A DNA stretch of 63,719 bases, the filler included, from Reticulomyxa filosa (Eukaryota; Protista; Foraminifera): assembly GCA_000512085.1 (NCBI GenBank). It is 11 parts of 11 records of this genome, joined end to end, with 100 filler letters (N's around TTAATTAATTAA, not from the genome) between each part and the next. Parts side by side here need not be neighbours in the genome. Positions count along the whole stretch, not along the records: positions 27,844 to 39,744 come from ASPP01007452.1; positions 39,845 to 44,256 come from ASPP01018444.1; positions 44,357 to 46,937 come from ASPP01021933.1; positions 47,038 to 48,365 come from ASPP01005559.1; positions 48,466 to 50,381 come from ASPP01002096.1; positions 50,482 to 55,785 come from ASPP01008924.1; 5 more parts are not named here. The stretch is one strand, 5' to 3'. Below are positions 37,728 through 51,330 of the stretch, in pieces. Within the stretch, counting starts at the first letter, position 1. Every line of letters begins with the position of its first letter. The notes beneath the pieces were generated by a model. That model was not told where the DNA came from, did no database searches, and saw only the letters and a program-made list of their open reading frames with translations. The position numbers and the translations under genes are program-made.

Positions 37728-39190
37728 TTAATAATAATCACTCCAATCACTTTCGTCATTGTCTGTATCTCCAATGTTATGTTGAAAGGAATGAGTTTCA
37801 AAAGAGTCTTTTTCATACGATTGTTTTGGAGAAAAACGTAAAATATTTCCATGAACATCACCACTAATAACATCGTTTAAGCCATGTCTTTTTGTTACAG
37901 TAACACAATTAATTTTACCGAAATGACCTTTTAATTTCATTAATTCTTTTCCACTCTTGCAATTGAACATCGAGATATATTGAATATTGGGATAAAACAA
38001 TAGTTCGTCATTTTTGCACAAATCAAATTTTTTACGAATAATAATTTTGTTGTTGTTGCTCGAATCCACCAGAATGGGATGAAAATTTACAAGTGTATTT
38101 TCTCCTGTATTGGCATTCCATTTGTAAAGTGTCCCATCGATACTAGTGCTATAAAGATAACGTCCATCACTGGAAAATTGAAGTGACTTGACAGAACTAT
38201 GATGAGATTGGATATACTCAGATTTTTTTTCATCTAAACCAGACAAATAATGTTCATGCATTGCTGTGGATTGTATATTGGATTGATCAAAGATACGAAA
38301 CGAACCTGTAAAAAAAAAGAAAATAATAATAATAATAACATAAATCAAATGGATCTTTACAAATAATATCTTACCTGGTTTTCTAATATCCCATAAACGA
38401 ATGCATTGATCATCGCTTCCTGATGCAAGTATATACGAGTTCACTGGCGACCATTTTACACAAGAGACATTTTTTTTATGTCCACTCAAAAAGTGTATGA
38501 ATGTATTGCTGTTGATGTCGCAAATTGGTATGTTTGTTTGTGATGAAGCAACTGCAATGCAAGGGATACCATTGAACGATATGTTATAAATTTTATATTT
38601 AATTGCAAACGTCAACACAGCCGTAAATTCATTTGTGTCCCATAGCATACAATTACCATTTGCTGAACCTGTACTAAACATACCATTATCCAATGGATAC
38701 CACTGTAGTGTTGTTATTATTGAATTATTTTTGTTCATTTTATTATTGTTATTGCTGTTATTAGGTTCACTTTTCATTGTTTTTATTTGTTTCATTGGTT
38801 TTATTAATTCATTTTTTTCGTTTTTTTTTGGATTGTGACAAATCATATAATGTCAATTTTTCTACACCTTTTTTTTTTTTTTGATGAGTTTGTGTTTTTG
38901 TTCTTGTGTATTAAAATCGTGCAAATACTTTTTTGACAACAAAAAATACCACAGCACAATAAATAACGAGATTCAGCTAAATCAATATCCATATCCAAAA
39001 CGGCTCCCATGCTGGCGTTATGCAGTTGGTTTTGGGGACTCAATGTAAATTGTTTGTATGTTTGTTCAATCAAGTGTTTACACACTCTTGAATTATTTAG
39101 TCCTACCACAGAACGTCTTTGTTCCAACAAATGCCACAAATTCATTGCAAGTGGGCAACCCGTTTTAGTCACTGGCTGATAAGAGGACAT
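37728..39190 (-). CDS. ERCC8: DNA excision repair protein ERCC8/CSA (WD40)
   Basis: LDMDIDLAESRYLL, LQWYPLDNGMF, LWDTN, LSGHKKNVSCVKWSP...LASGSDDQCIRLWDIR, GENTLVNF, acidic tail ending DWSD. Confidence 0.88.
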
Positions 39191-39511
39191 TATATTAAAA
39201 AAGATAACGGAAATGAAGAAATCTCTTTTTGTTACAGAAAGGAGGGGACCCTTGGACAGACGGTTTGTTTATTGTAAAACAGGGCGAAAAGGATCGATAA
39301 AAATGAATATTCTGTGACACATCAGCATTTTTCTTTATCTGAGAAAATAGAGCCGAAGAAAGATGAAACGATTACTTAATCAACAAAACACAAATAAATT
39401 CAAAGAATTGTATAAAAAATAAAAAAGGAAAAAGAGATGAAAATTAAAACGACAACAAAGTCCATTTTCACACCACCAAAAAAAAATCATGATTACAAAG
39501 ACAGCGTTATA

Positions 39512-39646
39512 TCAATCAACAATAAACTGATCAGCTTCAACGAAAGTAATGACTACATTATTGAAGTCATTGATCCATCCAGGTTCTTTCACATGATTAA
39601 TTCGACACCAATGTTGAATAATTGTATTCAATTCATATTTCGTCCA
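39512..39646 (-). CDS. Terminal exon of a contig-truncated gene carrying the WxR/GWIND motif (probably Kelch family)
   Basis: After an AAG acceptor: WTKYELNTIIQHWCRINHVKEPGWINDFNNVVITFVEADQFIVD*. It parallels the last exon of the Kelch gene at 52420-52533. Confidence 0.6.
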   Translation of the reverse strand, partial: WTKYELNTIIQHWCRINHVKEPGWINDFNNVVITFVEADQFIVD

Positions 39647-40871
39647 CTTCGTTTGTAGTTATTAATGTGTTGTGATATAAATAGATGCGGACATGACTAA
39701 CAAGATAAAAGAGAAGAGAGCAAAAAAAAAAAAAAAAAAAAACGNNNNNNNNNNNNNNNNNNNNNNNNNNNNNNNNNNNNNNNNNNNNTTAATTAATTAA
39801 NNNNNNNNNNNNNNNNNNNNNNNNNNNNNNNNNNNNNNNNNNNNTTATTTATCTAAAGAAAGCGCAAATTGCATTATTGTAGCGATTGCTTTTCATTATG
39901 ATACTATATATTTAATTATCACAAACTAAACAATTTGCGAATGATTGAAACAAATATCATTTTTACTTAAACTTTATGTATCCTAAATTTTACTTTTCTA
40001 TAATCATGATAATTAGACTTTAAATATGTCAAAATTATATTTTTTTAATATTCAAATTTGGTTTTATGTAAATAATAAAGAAAATTTAATTATATACATA
40101 TATAAAGAAAATTGATTTTAAGGATTCAACAAATAATAGAATCACTACAATTAGTTAAATCGCTTGCTACATTGGTTACATTCAAATTTTTTCTCTACAT
40201 TATTAGTATAAATGTGTCCATCATAGTTGATCTGATGGTAACTTAATGAAAATTTTTAAAGAAAAAAAAATTAACTTGCTACAATACGTACACATATTCA
40301 TCATTTGTATAATGATTTAAAGCTATTACAGCACTATATTTTCTTTTACATTCATTACAGTCAAACATCTATTTCGTCATTGTTTTTTGTCTTAAAATTA
40401 TAGTCATCATCGCTCAACTCAAGAAAGTTGCATTCGACATATTTCAATTTGTATTTTTATTCAACATAAATTTAAAAAAAAAAAATTTATTTTCTTTCTA
40501 ACAACTAACTTTTAAAATAGTTATTTTAAAAAAGCAACAAATATGCTGCGTAAAATAATTTGCAATTAATAAAAAATCAAAATAGTCCATAATCAAAAGT
40601 CATTCTCCAAAAAGGTATCGTTATATTGCAAATTTTACTGCAAAAAATAATCGCAGTCTAACTTTGTCAAAAATCAAAGTTATTCCACCGAAATTTCACC
40701 AATCGATTCAAAATAATTTGTTCTAACGTCCTGAATTTGTTAGTACACTTTACTTTTATTTTTTATCTTTGAAATTAGTGGTCATTTTTGGTATATTTTG
40801 ACAGGTGACAAGTATTATCGTTCTAATGTGAAAATACAAAGGGGGTTCCAAAATTTTTTTTGGCACAGTGG

Positions 40872-40990
40872 AAAAAATAAAAATTTGCAAAAAAAAATAA
40901 AAAATCAAAAAGAAATCTTTCTTGGCGCCGCTTGGATCTAAATTTTTCTTTTTTGCTTTTTTATTTTTTTTCGCAATTTTTTATTTTTTT
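40872..40990. repeat. Imperfect inverted repeat (about 45-nt arms) around a GC-rich core
   Basis: Left arm AAAAAATAAAAATTTGCAAAAAAAAATAAAAAATCAAAAAGAAA versus right-arm reverse complement AAAAAAATAAAAAATTGCGAAAAAAAATAAAAAAGCAAAAAAGAAAAA; core CTTGGCGCCGCTTGGATC. Confidence 0.6.
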
Positions 40991-42814
40991 AAATTTTAAG
41001 TTTTTTTTTTTAATATTGTGTGCTAATTGATTTTATTTAGTTTTATATATAATTATTTGCTTGTACAAAAACTCTAGAAGTAAACTTTTTTTATGTAACT
41101 CATGCACAATATCAATTAACAAACTTTTTTACAAAGAGATAAAACTAAAAGAACATTTTAGATTTTCCATGTTCAGTAACATGGAAACAGATATTATTTG
41201 GGCAAAACTTTTTAACAACGACAGATCATGCAATTTTGCTGCTCTAAAAATAAAAAATACAATGAAAATGTAATGCCTATTTAATTGAACGCAATAAAAA
41301 AGCTAAAAATAAATATGGCAACTTTTGTATAGTCACATTCAAACAACAATGAAACACCTCATAAGCAATGCAATTGCAATAAAACGACTCACAAAACTTT
41401 TGATTATAATCCACACAAATCTTATTTGTTTATTTAAGATAATATTGTTCTAGTTCGTTTTATCCTAACTAAATTTTTTTTGTTAAAAAGAGAATTAATG
41501 AATTCGTATCAGAAGCTGTTACAGCAGTTTTGCTTGAAAATCCCATAGCAGTTTTTTTCACAAATAACACCTGAATAATTAGGTTAGTTACACTTATTTT
41601 TTTATAATGTCGAATGATAAATGAAATATTGATCAATTAGCAAAAAGAATATATACAGTATAATGCAAAGTAAAGTTGACACATAAAGCGGCACCTTATA
41701 TATGATTGATTTTCTTCATGAAAAAACAGCATTTAGACCTAATTTTTAAAAAATCTCTACGAATATTGTAGTTTTTAAATATCATTTTAAATTTAGTTTT
41801 TTATTAAATCTTTCCTAATTGTTTAAAAAATTTGAATATTTTATTGATTTTTGAAAATTTTCAAGAAAAAGTTGATAATCTTGACCGTGTCGTAACAAAC
41901 TTTTTTTAAATTACATCACCAGCTCAAATGTTCAGATATATTTTTCTCTCTTGTTGAGTACCTTCACATGTCATATTGGGTAGTTGTTCTAGATCTACAA
42001 CAAATTTTCGTCCATACTTTGAGGATCGTTTGTGCTGTCTTGTGTGTGATTTTCTCCTTTGTTGCTAGAAAAAAAAAGAAATACATTTTACAATTGTTCT
42101 GGCTGGATTGTCTTTCGAATGAAAATGTCATGTTTGAAGAAATAAGAAAGATCAAAGTTTGATCTTGCTATAGATTCAGAGATGTAAAGACGTCAAAGTG
42201 ATTTTTTTAACAAAAAAAACTACTTAAGTTGTACATAGCTGTTAACACATAAAACCCGTGTTCATAAAATTTGGAGATTAGCCAAAATTTGAAAAATTAT
42301 AAATCGTTTATTTCAATTTTTTGATTTTTTCTTAAGATATGAAATTGACTTGTAATAGATATGCTATATGAATTATTTGTCTTCTCTGTTTTCTTTTTTT
42401 TTGCTCTAACGTCAGTTGTGTGATTATATTTTCACTTGGTCTTTTCATGAATTTGCATGTCTGTACACATAAAAAAAACTTTAATGAATAAAGAAATTCA
42501 CAAACGATTATATTTAATAAAATAATGGAGATTGTGGTGGCCAATTAAGGAAGTGGTTTGTACAAAGACCTCATCTGTGTCTGTAACATTAATTTTTTAA
42601 ACTTACTGGTAATTTTTGTTCAGCGAAAAAGGTATTGAATGAATTTAAATATATTGTATTTATTTTCTTATGTTCTCAGACTTATTCATTTCATAAATTC
42701 ATATTTCAATTGCTTATCAACTCGCAATTAAATATAATGTCACACTTACATACAAACTTATTTTTTTCTTTTGATTCTATTTGTGATTGAAAATATTTGT
42801 ATAATGTTTGACAA

Positions 42815-44256
42815 ATGTTCTGTCTGAAAAACTGCATCCCCTCCCCCTTTGCATTGATCATGCCCCTAATCCGAGTTGGACATATGAGGAGGCTCACTGA
42901 GCCTCACATAAAATGTGGCCCTTTGGGCGTGAATAGATTATGTTTTGTTGGTTTTCGACTCGACAGCAAATGGGCTAAAGACAATAACGCAGTGACAGCA
43001 CATTCGAAGAGCAAGTTTTCAGTGAGAAAAGAGCGTGTGGAGCAAAAGGGAGACAAAGAGATGAAAGCAAAGTACGAGAACTTGAATGCACCGGAAAGCG
43101 ATGATCTGACCGTGCGTGACGTGCTAAAGCCGCAAGAGACATTAGGTACGTATGAGGAGTACATGCACACGCAACAAATGCAAGAAAAGTATAAAACCGA
43201 CCTATATGACCTGATCCACAAATACGACGAAAAGTACGAGCAAATGAGCAAAGCACAATTGCAATGCATTGAATCGTCTCCGGCTATCATTGCAGGGTCC
43301 AAGTTTTTATACTCGTTAAAATTAAAAAATCCATTCAATCCAAGCTGTCAAATCCATTTGGTCGGAATTCGAAACACTTCTGTTTTAGGTTATCTAATAA
43401 CAAATAACAAATAACAAATAACAAATAACAAATAACAAATAACTAAATACATATATATTATTATTATTAATATAATTTATTATTTGTTATTTGTTATTTG
43501 CAATTGGAAATAGACCAACCTGAATTATGCGAGGAGTTAAAGACATTGTTAGACTCGACACAACCGAATGCGTTGATATTGCAATTATGCAAGGAGCGAT
43601 ATGAAGCGATGATGGGAATGCGAGTGGACAAGTTTGTGATGCCATTGTCGGCATCGACAGTGCTCTCTCCGCAACACTTTGGCAACACGTGTCGCATTGC
43701 ATTGTATTGTCTCAATTATCTCACATACGACTATCGAATCAATCCCTTTCTGTTTGCTGCTGTCCACGTCATGGACACACAAAAGAAGAACGATAATCAC
43801 AATCACAATCACAATTACAATGACAAAACAAGAGTATTGCTTGGAGATATCCCAATAAGCGTGTTAACTAGCAAACAAGATGGCAAACTCAATGACTTGA
43901 CATTTCAATACTGGACTCATACCACTCATGCCGAACGCATGTCCCAAGCTCGCATGTCCGGATTGACTGATCTCTTGCTCTTTACAAAAAGTGTCGCTGC
44001 TGTTTACGAATGGATTCTACTTAACAAAGTTTAATACAATATTTATATTTATATTTATTTATATTTATATTATGTATAGAAATTTCTGGAAATTTCTTTC
44101 CTCGATAGGCTGCCATTCGGAGTCAAGAGCGAACAGTGTATCAGTTTGCACAGGATATGCACTTTCGATTAAATTTTGGCTCTGAAATTGTGGAGACCTC
44201 TGCAAAGTCGTTAGCCTATTATGCATGGATTGAATCATTATCTGATGACAATAACA
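42815..44256 (+). CDS. TraB/PrgY (TRABD)-like protein, 3'-partial
   Basis: IHLVGIRN...ELKTLLDSTQPNALILQLCKERY and RVLLGDIPISV resemble the TraB motifs VYLVGTAH...I....PD.V.VELC..R and LGDRPI. Intron 43389-43513 is in frame. Confidence 0.55.
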
Positions 44257-44389
44257 NNNNNNNNNNNNNNNNNNNNNNNNNNNNNNNNNNNNNNNNNNNN
44301 TTAATTAATTAANNNNNNNNNNNNNNNNNNNNNNNNNNNNNNNNNNNNNNNNNNNNAATAAATAATAAATAATAATAATAATAATAAAG

Positions 44390-45696
44390 GGCGTTCTTCT
44401 TTTCCACAAAAGATAACGAATATTTCATCAAAACGATTACCGAAAGCGAAGCGAATACATTTCAGCGTCTGTTGAAAGGATACTTTGAACACATGAAAAA
44501 AAACCCCGATTCTTTTTTGACGCGCTATTACGGACTGTTTTCAATGACAATGTACGGGAGCACTCTCTATTTCACCGTCATGAAAAACGTGTTTGTTCCC
44601 GGTTTGGAGCCACATGAAAAATATGACATTAAAGGCTCTTGGGTCAATCGACACACCAAACATCATATTGAATTAGGAGTTATTGTTTTATGTGTGCACA
44701 TATATATTTATATATATAAATATATATATATGCATATATGTTATTATCAAACACTGTTCCCATGTGACAATGAATGACAGAAATTGATGAAAGACCAAGA
44801 CTTACACAAGAGCCTGTTGCTCGATCTTGACATAAGCCACAAGATTTACGGACAAATCTCAAAAGACACCAAGTTTTTGGAAAAGAATAACATCATGGAC
44901 TACTCGCTTTTGCTGGGCTTTTACAATGTTGGCATTGCATCCCAACACGTCAATTTCCACTCTGATGAATGGAATCTGTTTGTCATGGGATGTTAAGTTT
45001 AATCAAAACAAAATCCCTTTTTTTTTAAAAAAAAAAAAAAAAAGTAATAATAATAATAAATATATTATATATATATATAATATATTTATTATTATTATTA
45101 TTATTATCGAGATAGCTGAACATGGAGTGTATCAACCTCCAACAGTGATTCGGAAAGGGCCATCGTACGGCACAGAGGAACAGGTAAAACAGCAGGTAGT
45201 GCAATTGGTGGAGATAGACAACTCTCCACTTCGCAATGGGGGCGGAGCGAACACGCTGAGTTGCATTTCGACGCCGAGTGAAAAGCAGATGAAGCCTCTG
45301 GATCTGCGAGCTGCCAATCTGACCAACACCCATACCAATCCTGCGAGTGACACGGCCACCTTGGACGGAGACTTGAACAAAAAGATGTTTGGGAGACACG
45401 AACTGCAACTCATCCGTCGTCGCGCGGTGACCACGGGCACGGGACTCAAAGTGTTAGACGAACATCTCAACACCTACCAAACCAAAATCGTGGAAGGTGC
45501 TGGCTTTTATTCCTTTGGAGTCATTGACATTTTACAGGATTGGAATTTAAATAAAAAGTGGGAACACTTTTTAAAAGTGTACGTGTTTTGCAAAGAAAAA
45601 CATGGCGTCTCTTGTATCGAGCCACATAAATATCGACAAAGATTTCTTTACAAAATGCAACACATGGGGTTGGGAGGAAAAAGAGATCAGGTGTAA
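44390..45696 (+). CDS. Phosphatidylinositol phosphate kinase (PIP5K family), 5'-partial
   Basis: FFFSTKDNEYFIKTI, NPDSFLTRYYGL, VMKNVF, KYDIKGSWVNR, MKDQDL, DTKFLEKNNIMDYSLLLG, FGVIDILQDWNLNKKWEH, VSCIEPHKYRQRF. Confidence 0.92.
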
Positions 45697-47037
45697 AGTC
45701 TTGCTTGTGTCCGATTTTTATTATTAATCATTGTTGTTGTTGTTTTTTTTTTCTATTATAGTTGTTTTTCTTTTTTAAAAAAAGGATTTTTCCCTCTTGC
45801 TCCGTCTTTTCTTCCCTTGTGGAAGAAAAACTTTGATCAACACACAAATGAGCCAACTTGGTCTTAGGTGTGATTTGGACGTAATGAAAGGTACTCCAAA
45901 TTCGGAGTCCTGAGAGGGGGGAAAAAAATGCATTCCAACACAAAATTTTGCTGTTCTGATTTGATTTTTATGTTACCTGTATTGTCACAAACACTCTTGT
46001 TTATTTTTGTGGATATTATATTTGCCATTTGACTTTTGGTGTTTCATTAAGCAACTTGCTCGACTGACTTTTTTCTCTTCTCTGTTACCGGTTTGCTCAA
46101 TTGTTGATACCTAATTGCTGCTAAATTTTCTCCAAATATGTTCAGAATAGGCCAACAAGTTTATAATCAATCATCCCAACCAAATTACTTTTTCAAAAAT
46201 AGTCGTTTTCAATAATTTTGTACTTTCTCACTTTGGAAAAAGGGCCCAAACGGGTTTTTTTTTAGAAACGGGAAAGTCACTTTGAAAAAATAAAATCATT
46301 AAAAAAATGTTAAAACAAGCACAGGTTCGAGCGCGAATTTTTCAAGTCCGGAAACTGCCTTTCGTAAGAAATGTTCAGTGTTTTTTTTGTTCAAAAAACA
46401 CGTACCTAAGAACTTTGCTGACAGGTACTGATTGCAGAAGGAGTGAACCACTTTGCGTTGAGCATACACCGAAGTTGTTTGCAAAGTGTCAATACGTTGT
46501 TTGATTTGTGATGAATGTTTAGTTCCTTTTTTTTTTTGAATTATTCTATTGGTTTTGAATCGTCGATTTTCGAGGATCTGGAAAAATTAGCAAAAAAAGG
46601 GTTTTTGATAAAAAAAAATTTTAAAAACGTTTCAGTTTTACCAGCTTAGTTTCTCAACCTTTTTGTGGAAAAAGGGATTGACCTTGATTTTTGAACTTTT
46701 TTTTAGCTACCATCATGAACGATTCATCAGGTTGATTTTGTGTCCTTTTTTTATTGCTAAAAAAAAGCCACAAAAAATTGCCCTATGACACAATAACAGA
46801 TATTTTTTGTGAGCTCCAAAACACGGCCGAACCAAAACCAAAAAGGGCAAGAACGAATGAAAGGGGTAAGGCTGAATGTTCAAAAAAGTGCACATATCAG
46901 CCAAATCTTTTTTTGAAAAAGATCTTGGACGTGTGAGNNNNNNNNNNNNNNNNNNNNNNNNNNNNNNNNNNNNNNNNNNNNTTAATTAATTAANNNNNNN
47001 NNNNNNNNNNNNNNNNNNNNNNNNNNNNNNNNNNNNN

Positions 47038-48365
47038 TATATCCATATATCCATATATACATAAATACATAAATACATATACACATATATATACATACAT
47101 ATATATATGTATATATATATATGTATATATTGTATCGACAAACCATAAATTGGTGTCTTTGATTCTGTTTTCATATTTCGATTAATCGATTCCAATGTCA
47201 GTGTGGCCGACACCACAAAGATTTGTCTTCGAAATGGAGCAGAACTGACTGTAGCATCTTGCGGGGGTTGTTCGATAGCGTCCTCCAAGAAGGATTGTAT
47301 GACGGAAGGGTCAGTGTTGGTCGTTTCGTTCCAAACGCCAGTAATGCACGCCAGCAGATGCTTCAGTTCCGCAAAGTGGTTGGAGGACAACAGACGATCG
47401 GCCTCGTCCAACACAAGAAAGCGCAGCTGCGATAGATCACATAGAAATTTGAGTGTGCTGTCTCTCTTTTTGACTTGCTGCATCAACGCCCATAATCGTC
47501 CCGGCGTCGCCACAATGATTTCAGGGCACGATTGCAGCAGACGTGTTTGCTTCTCTTCGGACATGCCACCAACGATGCTTACCACCTGTAACGTAGAAAA
47601 CTGCAATAGCGACAATAAGTGGGATTCAATTTGAATTGCAAGTTCTCTTGTTGGAGTCAAAATCAACGCCTGAATGCAAGGCTCCACTATATTTATTGTG
47701 CGTTACATATTATATATATATGTTTATGTATATATTTATATAAGTGTATATAATATGTATAATATAGCAAATATTTCTTCTTCTTCAACAACAACAACAA
47801 CAACAACAATAATAATAAATAAAAGAGAAGGAACACTTATTACATTGATTTTCGTAGTGTAGTAAATCATTGATGATCGGAATGCCAAAGGACAAGGTTT
47901 TGCCTGAACCCTGAGCAATTACAAAAAGAAAATATATACATATATACATATATATATATATGTATATGTATATACATAAGTATATATAATAGTGAAAAAG
48001 TACCGTGACAGCAGCAACCAGAATATCTTTTTCTCCATTCAAAGATTGGGGGATGACAGCCCTTTGAATAGGCGTAGGTTTGAGGAAGCCCAATTTGGCC
48101 AGCCCCTGCATAATGTGCGTATGAATGCCTGCAGTGTTGGAGCAGCAAGCCGAAGAGCAGTACTGAAGTTTGGGGTTTGCCGTGATTCCCAGCAGATCAC
48201 TCCACACGGGGACAATTTCTTCGAGTGTCCGATGTGCTTGCAGCGAGTCGATTTGTTCTCGGAAATCTTTTTTTTTGTTTTTTTTTTTGGAAGTCGTCGA
48301 GTGCGCGTCTGTGGTTGTCTCATTGGCTGTCGCTGCGTTCGCGTCTGATAGCAACGACGACGACG
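47038..48365 (-). CDS. DDX24: DEAD-box RNA helicase DDX24/Mak5-like (internal fragment)
   Basis: GFLKPTPIQ, GSGKTLSFGIP, LTPTRELA, IVGGMSEEKQ, VATPGRLW, LVLDEADRL...HFAEL, RQIFVVSATL. Confidence 0.8.
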
Positions 48366-48466
48366 NNNNNNNNNNNNNNNNNNNNNNNNNNNNNNNNNNN
48401 NNNNNNNNNTTAATTAATTAANNNNNNNNNNNNNNNNNNNNNNNNNNNNNNNNNNNNNNNNNNNNG

Positions 48467-48802
48467 GATATTCGATCTGGTCAACAAATTCAAATTTTCA
48501 ATGGACATACATACCAAGTATGGTGTGTCGAATATACACCATTTGCAATAAAGAATAGTAGTGGTAATTCAAATATAATATATTCTGGATCATGGGATAA
48601 TACAATTCGATTTTGGGATATCCGATCAAATAAAAATGAATTATATGCAATCAAAGGAAGTGATGCAGAAGATGGTGCAATATGGTGTCTTAAGTTATTG
48701 TCATTAAAAAAGAAAGAAAAGAACAACGGAAATACAAAAAATATTGCTTATGATTTGAACTTGTGTTATGGTTCAAGCAGTCCCATTCGTGTTTGGGGAT
48801 AA
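48467..48802 (+). CDS. WD40-repeat protein, C-terminal fragment (expanded lineage-type family)
   Basis: DIRSGQQIQIFNGHTYQVWCVEY...SGSWDNTIRFWDIRSNKNELY...LCYGSSSPIRVWG*. Open from the contig edge; not in the ORF track. Confidence 0.88.
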   Translation, partial: DIRSGQQIQIFNGHTYQVWCVEYTPFAIKNSSGNSNIIYSGSWDNTIRFWDIRSNKNELYAIKGSDAEDGAIWCLKLLSLKKKEKNNGNTKNIAYDLNLCYGSSSPIRVWG

Positions 48803-49939
48803 TTTGCCTTTATCCAAAAGAAATGAAAGCTGTTTTTTTGAAAATTTTGATTGCAATTGTATTGAATTTGTTTGACTTAGTTTGAATGCAGTATCAAATG
48901 ATTTATTTTATTGGAACAAATTTAGAAAAGAAAAAAAATATATTCAATGTTCTTTAAAGATTTCTAAAGCATAGCAGATGAAAATTATATTAAATAATAA
49001 AATAACTTTGTAAGATATTTTTTCGTGCTTACAAATATTATCATTTAAGCAAAGTTTTTGTCTTGGAATATTTTAACACTGACTATTACAATGTGTAATT
49101 TTATTTTTGTATTCCTTTTGTCTAACAAGATTAAAATGATATTGCATTTGTGGTAATGCATAACTTTTCTTTACTCATTGAAATACGATTCTATAAAAAT
49201 TAATCTTTTTTTGTGTTAAATCTATGAGAGCACAAAAATACCTTCAGAACAAGAAATTCATTGATTTGTTGAGAAATAATTACAAAATTTTTAATTCTCT
49301 AAAAAGTAATTACTTGTGTCGTCCAATTAAAATACAAAATCGATCCATTATTGTATGAATGCGGCTTGTACAAACTTAAAATTGCAAAAGTGATAAGAAA
49401 CAACAAGTTTGCAGAAATTGTTACATGAAGTGATAACACAACACCAAAAAAAAAGGGATAACTCGACAGATTTGAAGCAGATTTTTGTTGAAGAACATGT
49501 TTCTTATTTTTGCAGTTTTTTTATTTTTTCAAGCATATATTTTAAAAAAAAAATAATTACCGTTACGTTAGCTATTACATTAAAAATCTCTTGTTTTTCT
49601 TTTTTCAAACATTTAAAAACTGGATATTATGTTTTTTTACAAGGATGTTGATCGTTCAGAATCATCAAATTACAGTTCAAATATTCACTAAGTTGTCATA
49701 AAGTAATATTTTAAACAATTATGCATATCAACTTCAATTCATTTCAATCAAAAATTCAACTTGATGTTTTTTAAGTAAAAAGTTCAAGAAAACTAAACTC
49801 AAAGTTCAAGTTTTGAATTGATCATAAAAAAAAAATGACAATAATGACGAGCGCAACTCTCAGAAGAGCCGGTTTTAAACAAAAAGAGCTAAACAAGGGA
49901 CCAATCTGGAACCTCATTCCTTGCGTTTTCGGTAGACGA

Positions 49940-50325
49940 CTTCGATCTGATCATCAATTGTTAATTCCTAACATCATCACATTCAGTACAATGATCAAAG
50001 GATGCACAAAAAGGGGAGATTTTAAACAGGCATTATATTATCTCTATTTGACGATTGACAAATATAACATCAAACCAAATTTGATTACTTGTAATTCATT
50101 GTTATCAGTTTGTGCAAATGCACGTGATATTCAAAGTGCTGAATTGATTTGGAATAAAATGATATATTAACATAATTTTGATCAATTCGATGTCGAGCGT
50201 ATATGCAAAATGTGGAGAAACAAATAAGGTGATGGAAATATTGAATTATTCACAACGACCAGAAAAGTTTATTCCAATCGATGAAATAACATGTAAAGAG
50301 GGAAAGACTAAGTGAACGGAAGGAA
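49940..50325 (+). pseudogene. Pentatricopeptide-repeat (PPR) gene fragment, disrupted
   Basis: PNIITFSTMIKGC...A...Y...KPNLITCNSLLSVCA, then a stop and frameshift at about 50165, then INSMSSVYAKCGETNKVMEI. Confidence 0.7.
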
Positions 50326-50559
50326 GATTATGAATCTCCAAAAAAGAAGAGTATTGAAGATAAATTGAACAAATGGAAGATNNNNNNNNNNNNNNNNNNN
50401 NNNNNNNNNNNNNNNNNNNNNNNNNTTAATTAATTAANNNNNNNNNNNNNNNNNNNNNNNNNNNNNNNNNNNNNNNNNNNNATATATATATATATATACA
50501 TATATGTATATATACATATATTTATTTATTTATATATGTGTGCATCCAGTCATACATAT

Positions 50560-51330
50560 ACTTAGAAAGAATCTCACAACAATATACCTGTTCCATCCTG
50601 GAATACTCCGCGAATGTAAGTTTGTGTAGTGGTGTCATAGTTACATCCCGATTGATAAGTGACATTGCTGCGTACAGCTCCTCGACACTTGCTATTGAAA
50701 AAACATTGCTCCAATACTGTGTTCTGGGAAAAGTGACGTTGACACGAGGCGTAGCAATAGTCTTCAATCTTTGCGACGTGGAAGTCCATTGACTGCACCA
50801 CTTGTCCCACGCCGCATGACACGTTGCTTGAGTAGTACACTACATTCATGTGATAATCGCAATCGTAGAGGCCATCGCAGTTGAATTGCTTGCTGTCACT
50901 TATTGTCAATGCTGACGATTGAGTCCCGTTTACACAGTCGAATCCTATTTCCCGGTTTTTTTTTTTTTTTTTATGTGTGCATATTTCTATTCACATGCAG
51001 TCTTGTTCATATGCAAGGTATACACTTTATTATGCTTGTGCAGTTCGCGCTTTGCTATGTTTGTTCATTACCATCATAGTACTCAAACACTACTTTCTTC
51101 ACACCATTCGATGCAACGCAAACTGGTTTGAAAGATTGTATTCTTGCGCCTCCATTGACAAAAGGCGCTAAAGCTTCGTAATAATTGTTACATCGTCCAA
51201 TTGTAAACGCGTAACCTTCCCAGGCATTGTAGGCAAAATTACATCTCAAATACGAATTTTGTTGTGAATTTGAACAAGGATACAATGTATAAAGAATCAA
51301 TAACAAAAAAGACAAAAAAGAAAGGTCCAT
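50560..51330 (-). CDS. Secreted cysteine-containing protein, multi-exon, 3'-partial
   Basis: Signal-peptide-like MDLSFLSFLLLILYTLYPCSNS; Cys/Tyr-rich exons in ORFs 51055..51330 and 50574..50909. Confidence 0.5.
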
